64,000 nt of DNA. Source: Pelagomonas calceolata (lineage: Eukaryota). Both the position numbers and the translations under genes were made by a program. The notes beneath the pieces are model-generated. The model was not told the origin of the DNA and made no database searches. It saw nothing but the letters and a program-made list of their open reading frames with translations. This document shows, piece after piece, positions 49,647-59,365 of the stretch. The stretch covers positions 1,054,001 to 1,118,000 of the forward strand of contig CAKKNE010000002.1 in the NCBI GenBank assembly GCA_918797485.1, written 5' to 3'. The first letter of the stretch is position 1. Every line of letters starts with the position of its first letter.

Positions 49647-49814
49647 TGAGTCGCGATGCACGCACAGTCCAGGCTCGAGCACTCAAGTAGCGTATGTCTG
49701 ATGCCAGGACCGAGCTGTGTGTGCGGTGCGAAAAAGGACTTGATAATAGAGAACCCGAACTCACCCTAGGGGGTCCGCCTCGGTTGAAGCGTCTGCGGTG
49801 CTGCCTGTCTGCTG

Positions 49815-49837
49815 GCTAGCGGCTGTAAGACACTAGC
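49815..49837. promoter_or_regulatory. Motif P copy
   Basis: GCTAGCGGCTGTAAGACACTAGC between divergent ATGs 49646 and 50057. Confidence 0.6.
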
Positions 49838-50056
49838 AAACCACAAACCCGTGATTAAGGCATATGGTTCGTCTATTAGCTATGGGACATGCTGCCCGAG
49901 GGCTGGGAACGGGCGACTTTTCAGGGCGAGCTGGATACAGGCTTGTTGTTACCCAAGCTGTGCTGGGAGTGGGAGCGTTGTTGTCGTCCGAGCGTTCAGC
50001 AAGCTGCCCCGTGGTCCCTGTGGTCTGTCCTCGGGCGCTGGTGGGCGGGCAGCCCC

Positions 50057-53000
50057 ATGGCCCACGGCCCCTGGGGATCATTGTCTCTGGTGTTTGCTGC
50101 TCTTAGTGTTTGCGGCGCCCTGGGTGGATCCTGCCTCTTCGACTTCGAAGACACCGCCATCGACAGCTGCCCCAGCGGGTGGACCTGCACGGGCGACGCG
50201 CGCGTCGTCTCCCGATACACGTGCGTGTCCGGTTGCGGGACGCCGCTGCCCAACGCCCAGGGCGAGCAGTACTTTTCGATTGGCGGGGACGGCGACACGG
50301 GCACGGCGCAGTCGCCGACGTTCGAACTCCCGTCCGACGCCCAAAGCCTTGAATTCCTGCGGTGCGGCGGCGCGGATTCCCCCTCCGGCGTTTCGGTTCA
50401 CCGCGAGAGCGGCAGCGTGGTCTGCTCAAGCAGTCGCGGCGACGACACGGATTCGTTCTTCTGGGATTCCTGCGACGTCTCCAGCGCCGACGGCGAGAGA
50501 GTCTACGTGCGGATCGTCGACACTCAATCTTCCTCTTGGGGAAAGGTCTTCGTGGACAACATTCGCCTCGACGGCGGCGGCGATGGGTGCGATGATAGCG
50601 GCGATTCTTCGGGTTCAAACTGCGACCGTAGCCTATGCTCGAGCGTCGCCGACGACTGCTGCGCGCCGCTGAGCATTGGCGAGGCGGCGACGTGCCGGAA
50701 CGGCTACGTGGCGCAGCGGACCGGAAACGGGTGCTTTGGGTACGGCGAGGGCGATTACACGTGCTGCTCGACGTCCGCTAGTGATTCAAACTGCGCAGCG
50801 GCGAGCACCGGCGCTTGCCTCGAGGGCGGCGGTGTCGACAACGACTGCTGCGCTACTTGCGGCAACGGGGGCTGCGCGTCTGGTTATACCTATGCTGGTC
50901 AAGTTGTCATCGACAGCGGGACGCTCTCTTCGACGTACCCTGACTTCTACCCTCATTGTGGCACGATGTACTGCGGCAACACGTGCTGCGTGCCGTCGAG
51001 TGGTGGTTCGGAGCCAGACGAGGGCGAGGCCGCGCCCTGCAATGGAGGCCACGATGACGCGGAGCGGATACTAAGCTGTATCAAACAATTCTCCGCCTCG
51101 GAGTGGCTCGGCTGCACCTCAGATGGGAGATACGAGTGCCACTGCAGCAATGACGATGGGGTCAACTACTGCTGCGGTAGCCAGAACCAAGCTGAGGCCA
51201 TCGCGATATGGGAACAATGCCTCGGGGAAGGTGGCTCCTCTACTACTGGATTTACGATCACAAGCTCAAACGTGCATTGGGACGAATGTCCCGGCGAGTG
51301 TGCCGCCATTGGGGGCACATTCGCTTGCATCAGCGACGAGTCGCAGAATGGGCAAGCCTTGGCGGCGTTCGGGGGCAGTTGTCCCGACGGAGCGGACGAC
51401 TGCGGGGCATGGATCGCGGTGAACGATAAGGCGTCGGAGGGCAACTGGATCTGCACGGCCGACGGCAGCACACAAACCTATCAACCTTGGTCTGCCATTG
51501 GTAGTGAACCCAACGGCGGCTCCGGCGAGAATTGCGCGAATATGTGGGGCCCAAACTCGGGAAGAAACGACGGGGCGTGGAACGACTACGGCTGTACCGA
51601 TGCTCGCATGCCATGCATATGTAGGGGCGGGGGCGATGACGAGGACTACTCCTTAACGTACTACGATGACGGGTCGCGCCAGACGTACGAGTGGATGAAG
51701 AGCAGCTGCGCAACAAAGGGCAAGCGCCTGTGCACGTACGGCGAGATTTGCCCCAATGGAGGCCCGCACCAGGCCCCGTACGGCGGACAGCAAGCAAGCA
51801 CTGATATGTGGGCGCCAATAACTCCCGATGCGGGCGAGGGCGGCAGCAGGAACCAGGATTGGGTTCAGATCGGGACGCGTGACGGTGGTATGTGCAACAA
51901 ACACAGCTCGTTTTACGGTGGCGTGCATCCTGACGAGTGCTGCTGTGGAGACTGGTGCAATACGAACGTGCAACAGGTGGCTAAGCGCATATATGCGTGC
52001 TGTGACGGGGAAGGTGGCTCCTCTACTACTACGACCGGTACGAACTGCCGAAGCGACATCTGCACGGACTACGCAGAGGACTGCTGCGCGCCGGACGACG
52101 AGCCCCGCGGGTGCAGCCTCGCGGGCTACGAGGTGCAAGATGACTGGGTGGGCTCGTCGGGCTGGCCATCATGCGTCAGCACGTACGGCCAGGAGTCGGT
52201 GTATCAATGCTGCTCGACGTCCTCGACTGGCTCCTCCGATGCGCTCTTCGTCGCCGGGCCCTCGGGCGGCGACTATCGACGGCGGCGGCGGCGACGACAT
52301 CCGGGCGACGTGTCAGTGCGCCTCGGAATACGAGTGGTGGGACGACCGCCGGCTCTCCGCCGTCGACGAGCCGCGGCGTCTGGGTCACTGCTGCGACTAC
52401 GGTGCGTACTGCTCCTGCATGGAGTCGGAGCTCGGCGCCGGCTGCACTGCGCCCGACTGCGGCGACTGGGACGAGGACGAGGACTGCGGCTCCGACGCAA
52501 CCAGTGGCTCGGACGCAGACGTGACGTGCTCCTTGGTAATCAACGACGAAATTACCGCCGTGTACGTCGACGGGCAGGACGTCACGGACTCTCTCTGCGG
52601 CGAGTGGCCGGCGACGCTCAGATTCTCCAGCGCGGCGAGTCTCTTCGCAATCAGCGGCTACGACAATCAGGGCGGATGCCAGTACGGCGGATTCGCGATG
52701 CGCTGCTCCACGGCGGACGGAACCGGGCCGTGGCACGGCCTGACGGCCGACACGCAGAACTGGCGCGGGACCAACTGGGTCTCTGGGAGCAGTTGGACGC
52801 AACTCGGCTTCGACGACAGTGCCTGGCAGACTCCCTCCGTGGGTGGCGAACCGCAGTACGGGTCCGAACTCGTCGGGGGCGGCGACACGATTTGCGTCGA
52901 GGGCGATTTCTACTTCCGAAGAGAGGTTGATCACCCGACGCCCCTCGAATCGCCCTTCCTCGTCACCGGCGACCTCACCTTCGAAGGCATGACGTACGAA

Positions 53001-53906
53001 GCGGCGCTGGACAACACCAACGTCTTCCTCGCCGCCGTCGCCGATCTCTGCGGCGTGGCCGCGTCCGCCGTGACCGTGGAAATCTCGAGGGCCCGCCGCC
53101 GTCGTCGCCTCGCGGAGGGAATCGTGGTGACGTACACCGTGGGCGTCGCGTCCGCGAACGAAGCTCAGACGGTCACGAGCGCGATTTCGAGCAGCTCGAC
53201 AGCAGACGTCGACGCCGCAATCAGCAAAGCCGCGACGAACGCGGGCGTCGACGACGATTTCGACGGCGTCACGACGACCAACGTGGGTACGCCCACGGCG
53301 ACGGCGTCCGACGACGACGGTGGGTCCTCCAGCGGTAAAGACGACGGGCCGGATGCTGCGTCGGCGGCGACGATCATAGCGTCCGTCGCGGCGGCTATGT
53401 GTGTGGTCTTGATTGGAGTCGTCGGTCTTCTTTACTGGAAGACGCAGCAGGTCCAGGGCCGACCGGTGAGGCCCGTGGGCGCGGTCGCGGTGGAGATGGC
53501 CACGTACGGACAGACGATGGTCGCCCCCAGCTACGTCCTCAAGGCGAACAGCGACGAGGTCTGGCGGGACCCCGCCCCCCGGGCGTCGGCGCCGCCCGGC
53601 CGAAGCTTTTGCATCGACTGCGGTGCGGCGATCCAGGGCCGGTTCTGTGGCGCATGCGGGCGGAATCAGCCCGCGGCGGCTCAGCCCGTGGCGGAACAGC
53701 CACCCTTTGTGGCGCCGACGCTTTTCCGGCGGCAGCCAATGGACAATAATCAAGGCGCGCCGCACAGCCTTCCCGTAGAGATCATCAGCGCCGCCGGACA
53801 AGGGCCGCCGGCCGGCGCTCGACCCGTCCCGCAGGGGTCCGTGGTACAAGGCTCCGTGGTGCAGGGGCCCGCCGTGCAGGAACCCGCCGAGCAGGGGTAC
53901 CTTTAG
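50057..53906 (+). CDS. Cys-rich C-type-lectin type-I membrane receptor, copy 1 (frame break near 52276)
   Basis: Signal peptide MAHGPWGSLSLVFAALSVCGA, beta-sandwich-like FDFE...VFVDNIRL module, CTL with EPN/WND, RRRRRL stalk, TM and cytoplasmic CxxC-x8-CxxC zinc ribbon. Encoded by two overlapping ORFs. Confidence 0.7.
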
Positions 53907-54096
53907 GTCCGTTCGCTTTGTCGAAGAAGAATGATCACTCCCCCTCCCCGCGGCAGATGGTGTTGCCGGCGTCCGCGTATATACCTTTTCTGACAATTGA
54001 CCCAGAGGGGGGCCAACTTAGATCTCGCGAGCAGCCTGTAGCACAGTCCAGGACTCAAGCACTTAAGACTTTTTTGGCAAAACTTGGCTTGGCATG

Positions 54097-54118
54097 GCTA
54101 GCGGCGTAAGACACTAGC
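54097..54118. promoter_or_regulatory. Motif P copy
   Basis: GCTAGCGGCGTAAGACACTAGC, part of the duplicated 5' region. Confidence 0.6.
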
Positions 54119-54361
54119 AAGCAAAATCTGGGGCAAGGCGTATGGTTCGTCTATTAGCTATGGGACGTCGTCCGGAGGGCTTGGGACGAGCGATTTTTTA
54201 GCGCGGATATACAGGCTGATAACACTGAGGAGCTTGGCTTGGGCAACAAGCGCCAAGGAGTAGAGCTTTGTTTATCGTCCGAGTGGTTCGAGAAGCTGCT
54301 TCGTGGTCCCTGTGGTCTGTCCTCGTGCGCTGGTGGGCGCTGGGATCGCTGGGGCAGCCCC

Positions 54362-57300
54362 ATGGCCCACGGCCCCTGGGGATCATTGTCTCTGGTGTTT
54401 GCTGCTCTTAGTGTTTGCGGCGCTATTGACTCTCTCGGCGCACGGCCATCCGTGTCGTGGAACGCCGCGCGCGCAGAGTGCGAGTCCCGAGGCCAGGGAC
54501 TCTGCTCGTCCGAAGAGCTCTGTCCGACCGGTGCGCCGTTCGATGGCGGCGTTGACAGCACGGACACGTGGGTGCCCGTGTCGGACGGCAGCGACGAGTG
54601 GCTTCAGTACGGGAAATGGGCGAACTCGTGGCAGCCAGGACCACTCTGCAGTCTGCACAGCGTCCAGTACGCGCCCGACCCGCATCCCTGCCACACCCAT
54701 CCAGATCCGGCGCGGTACCCAGACGCGGCGAGCTGCGGCCACTCCTTCTTGTACTGCTGTAGCGGCGACGGCAACGATTCCGGGAGCTGCGCCGACGGTC
54801 TCTGCTACACGCTCTACTCGGGCGAGGACTCGCCATCGGAAGCTGAGGACAGATGCGAAGACCGCGGCGGGCACCTCGCCAAGGTGACTACGGCCGGGCA
54901 GGTCGCGACGGTGAAGGACGTGCTTAAGAATGTGCCCGACGGTAACTGCGTCCGCTTCGGCGCGATCAAGGAGGCTGGGTCCTGGCGGTTACTGCGATCG
55001 ACGTTATCGAGAACAATGGCGGGGAATACTGTAGCTGTTACTGGGTAGCGGACGACAACGTCTACGACGCGCCTTGCCACGGAGGGTGGGGCCAGGGCGA
55101 CTACTACCTCTGCGCGACAAGCGAGGGCGATGGCGAGGACTACTCCTTAACGTACTACGATGACGGGTCGGGCCAGACCTACGAGTGGATGAAGAGCAGC
55201 TGCGCAACAAAGGGCAAGCGCCTGTGCACGTACGGCGAGCTTTGCCCCAATGGAGGCCCGCACCAGGCCCCGTACGGCGGACAGCAAGCAAGCACGGATA
55301 TGTGGGCGCCAATAACTCCCGATGCGGGCGAGGGCGGCAGCACGAACCAGGATTGGGTTCAGATCGGGACGCGTGACGGTGGTATGTGCAACAAACACAG
55401 CTCATTTTACGGTGGCGTGCATGCTGACGAGTGCTGCTGTGGAGACTGGTGCAATACGAACGTGCAACAGGAATGGAAGCGCATATATGCGTGCTGTGAC
55501 GGGGAAGGTGGCTCCTCTACTACTACGACCGGCACGAACTGCCGAAGCGACATCTGCACGGACATTGCGAACGACTGTTGTGCGCCGGGCGGCGAGGCCC
55601 GCGGGTGCAGTATTACGGGCTACGAGGTCCAGCCGGATCCGACGGGGACCTCGGGCTACGGGCCTTGCGTCAGCACGTACGGCCAGGAGTCGGTGTATCA
55701 ATGCTGCGCGACGTCCTCGACGTCTGCTGGCAGCGGCTCCTTCGTGTACGTCGATCAAGCGAAGAGCTTCGACGACGCGCGCGCGTACTGCCGCGCGAAC
55801 TATCACGACCTCGCGTCGATCCACAGCTCCAGCGAGAATGCGGCAGTAGCGGCGCTTTGTCCCGGTGAATCATGCTGGATCGGGGGCTCCGACGCGGCCC
55901 AAGAGGGCACGTGGACCTGGTCGGACGGCACGGCGTGGGACTACGACAACTGGGAAAGCGGAGAGCCCAACAACTGGGGAGGCGACGAGCCCTACACCGT
56001 GATCTACGACTCAGGACGATGGAACGACGAGAGCCGCTATGGTACTTACCCATTCGTGTGCGCGACTACATTTACGATCACAAGCTCAAACGTGCATTGG
56101 GACGAATGTCCCGGCGAGTGTGCCGCCATCGGGGGCACATTCGCTTGCATCGACGACGAGTCGCAGAATGGGCAAGCCTTGGCGGCGTTTGGGGGCAGTT
56201 GTCCCGACGGAGCGGACGACTGCGGGGCATGGATCGCGGTGAACGATAAGGCGTCGGAGGGCAACTGGATCTGCACGGCCGACGGCAGCACACAAACCTA
56301 TCAACCTTGGTCTGCCATTGGTAGTGAACCCAACGGCGGCTCCGGCGAGAATTGCGCGAATATGTGGGGCCCAAACTCGGGAAGAAACGACGGGGCGTGG
56401 AACGACTACGGCTGTACCGGTGCTCGCATGCCATGCATCTGTAGGGGCGGGGGCGGTGGCTCCTCTGAGGATCTCTTCGTCGCTGGGCCCTCGGGGGGCA
56501 ATTACTACGACGCGACGGCCTACTGCTCAAGCATAGGCGCATCGATCGCCACCATCTATAGCGCGACCGAGAATGAGCTGGCGCGCCAAGCGTGCGGCGG
56601 CTCGTCGTGCTGGATAGGCCTCGAAGAAGTCGGCGGCAGCGCGTCGACGCCCAAGGCGAGCCAGACGTGGCGGTGGATGGATGGATCGACAGCCAGTTAC
56701 ACGAACTGGGATGATTGGGAACCGAATAATCACGATGGGAACGACGAGAGGAACGCCATGATGAATTGTTGCGGCACAGACGGCGTTGACGCGTCGGGCA
56801 TGTGGCACGACGCGCCGTACAACTACGACGAACCGCGACCCCTCTGCCGCACCGATGATTGCGGCCCATCCTCCGGCGGCTGCGATCCGATCTACAATTT
56901 CGCCGGCGCCACGCGGACGTGCACCTCGTCGAACTACCCCGAAAACTGCATCGTGGTGGTCGAGAACTCGCAGCATGCCGACTGCAATGCGTGGTGCGCT
57001 GCCGCCGGGTCTTGGTGTATTAATGGATGGGACTCCCACGGCGGCAGCTGCGATAACATAGACCAAACGGACGACACTTGGCCCCAGGGCTGCGGCGGCG
57101 ACAACCTTTTTCACGACGGAATATGCATGTGCGCTCCAGTCGGCGGCACGTCGTCCCAAACGGACGGCGGGCCGTGCACGCCGCAGCGCGCCGACAACCT
57201 CGATGACGACGGGCCGGACGCGGCGTCGGCGGCGACGATCATCGCGTGCGTCGCGGCGGCGATGTGTGCGGTCTTGATTGGAGTCGTCGGCTTTCTTTAC

Positions 57301-57771
57301 TGGAAGATGCAGCAGGTCCAGGGCCGGCCGGTGCGGCCCGTGGGCCAGGCGATCGCGGTGGAGATGGCCACGTACGGCCAGACGATGGCCGCCCCCAGCT
57401 ACGTCCTCAAGGCGGCGTCGGCGCCGCCCGGCCGAAGCTTTTGCGTCGACTGCGGTGCGGCGATCCAGGGCCGGTTCTGCGGCGCGTGCGGGCGGAATCA
57501 GCCCGCGGGGGCTCAGCCCGCGGCGGAGCCACCGTTCGTGGCGCCGACGCCGAACCTTTTCCGGCGGCAGCCAATGGACAATAACCAAGGCGCGCCGCAG
57601 AGCCTTCCCGTAGAGATCATCAGCGCCGCCGGACAAGGGCCGCCGGCCGGCGCTCGACCCGTCCCGCAGGGGTCCGTGATACAAGGCTCCGTGATACAAG
57701 GCTCCGTGGTGCCGGGGTCCGTCGTGCAGGGGTCCGCCGTGCAGGAATCCGCCGAGCAGGGGTACATTTAG
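54362..57771 (+). CDS. Cys-rich multi-C-type-lectin type-I membrane receptor, copy 2 (frame break near 54988)
   Basis: Same signal peptide, several CTL domains (WIG, WxWxDG, EPNN, WND/WHD), and the same TM, zinc ribbon and QGSV tail. The frame changes inside a CTL domain (GSWR / VIENNGGEYC). Confidence 0.72.
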
Positions 57772-57942
57772 GTCCTTTGTCGAAGAAGAAGGACCAAGCA
57801 GATATTTACTGCGCCGTCGAATCGCCAGTCCCTTTCACCCCCCCTCCCCGCGGCAGATGGTGTTGCCGGCGTCCGCGTATATACCTTTTCTGATTAATTA
57901 CCTAGAGGCCCGGGGGGCCCAACATAGTTCATAAGACAATCG

Positions 57943-58935
57943 TTAGTCCAGCGACCCCAGGCACTGCTCGAGGCACCCGCACGCCGCGTTCCGGTAGCCG
58001 CCGCCGAAGAGGTTGTAGTGGTTCAGCTGGTGGTAGGCCTCGTAGAGCGGCCGCCGCATTCGAAATTTCGCCGCCTCGGGGATCAGTTCGCGGTAGCCGG
58101 CCCAGAAGCCCGATCCCAAAGAAGCGCACCAGGACATGCCCCACTCGGCCTCGTGGTGGCCGTAGTAGCACGCCGGGTCGAAGACCGACGGCGCGCCCGC
58201 GGCGGTGCCGATGTTGCCCGACCACAGGTCGCCGTGCAGGATGCACGGTTGTATGTCTTCATCCTCGTCGAAGAACTCATGCATTCGCGGTTTTAGTTGT
58301 TGCCACAGCCTGTCTATGGACGCGTCGCCCGCCAAATTCACCTGGTGGCCCATGCGCTGCTCCGACCAGAACTTTATCCAGTCGTCGTCCCAGCCGTTCG
58401 GCTGGGGCGTCGCCCCAATCGTATTATCGACGGGGAAGCCGAATTTACCGGAAGCGGCTTCGGGGTCGTCGGGCGTCGCGAGGTGCATGCGCGCCATGGC
58501 CCGGCCGAAGGTCTCGGCGTCGCCGCCGCGGCCCATGGTCAAAAACTCCATGACGATAAATGAACCTTTCCCGTCGTCGAAATCCGCCGCGTGGAAGACC
58601 TCGGGGATCCTTAGAGCGGGTTCGCCTCCTGATTCACTGGCCAGGCGCATGGCCGTCAGGCCGGCAGCTTCACCAGCAAACATCGATTTATAGGACTGGC
58701 TCGTCTGCTTGACGAAGTACTGCGCATCATTGGTAACCCACTTGCCCGTCTGGGCCCAGCCGGAGCCGCCCAACGAGCCGCCGCTCGGCTTCGCGTCGCC
58801 GCGGCCGGAGTCCGCGAACCACTTCTTGACGTCGCCGGCGCCGCCCATGACGACGGTGCTTCTCCGATGGCGTATCGGTGCGAGCGCGGCTGCCGAGCCT
58901 AACGTGGCCAGGAGCTGGAGCGTGCGGTGCATCAC
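57943..58935 (-). CDS. Fructosamine/ribulosamine 3-kinase family protein, probably plastid-targeted
   Basis: YFVK, MFAGEAAGL, FGFPVDNTIGATPQPNGW, LHGDLWSGN, FDPACYYGHHEAE and YHQLNHYNLFG. Confidence 0.93.
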   Translation of the reverse strand: MMHRTLQLLATLGSAAALAPIRHRRSTVVMGGAGDVKKWFADSGRGDAKPSGGSLGGSGWAQTGKWVTNDAQYFVKQTSQSYKSMFAGEAAGLTAMRLASESGGEPALRIPEVFHAADFDDGKGSFIVMEFLTMGRGGDAETFGRAMARMHLATPDDPEAASGKFGFPVDNTIGATPQPNGWDDDWIKFWSEQRMGHQVNLAGDASIDRLWQQLKPRMHEFFDEDEDIQPCILHGDLWSGNIGTAAGAPSVFDPACYYGHHEAEWGMSWCASLGSGFWAGYRELIPEAAKFRMRRPLYEAYHQLNHYNLFGGGYRNAACGCLEQCLGSLD

Positions 58936-59365
58936 TGTGCCGAGCAGTGCGGTGCGGATGCAGCAAAACTGGTCTGAGCTATCGCACTCGACTGCGCGTC
59001 AAAGGCGGGCGCGGACGCAATCCTCGGGCTCCTCCCTCGCACTCAAGCACAGCTGCCGGTACACTAGCCGAGTTTTTGGCCTTGTGCTCTCTCTCTCAAC
59101 AAAAAGCTAGCAACTAAGCACGACGCTTCGTCGTGGAGTCTCGGAGAGCTGGTCTATAATGCTAAGCCCATGGATACGTTTCGTGTGGGGCCGGCCTCCA
59201 GGGAGAGCAGCGCCGGCAGCCAATTTGCCTGGGCAGGCGCCCACAGTCCCGCAGTGCTGCCCAAAACGCCAAAGCCACGGCCCTATGGGCCACCGGACGC
59301 TTTTCGTAGGATAGGGCCAGTCTCGCTCCCCCTGGGACGCCAAAAGCGCTGCCCCACGAGACAAG

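Larger units (their letters stand above)
49815..57930 (+). repeat. Tandem segmental duplication with shuffled modules
   Basis: 51251-51635 ~ 56071-56455, 51631-52227 ~ 55125-55721, 53340-54020 ~ 57205-57930, and 5' regions 49815-50117 ~ 54097-54422. Confidence 0.92.

Noticed and set aside
52176..53996. 606-aa antisense ORF (also 56527-57699)
   Set aside because: Mirror of the sense lectin CDS, typical of GC-rich codon usage.
388..54118. Motif P as a CRISPR repeat or bacterial REP
   Set aside because: Copies are single, dispersed and in both orientations with no spacer array, cas or transposase gene, and the context is eukaryotic.
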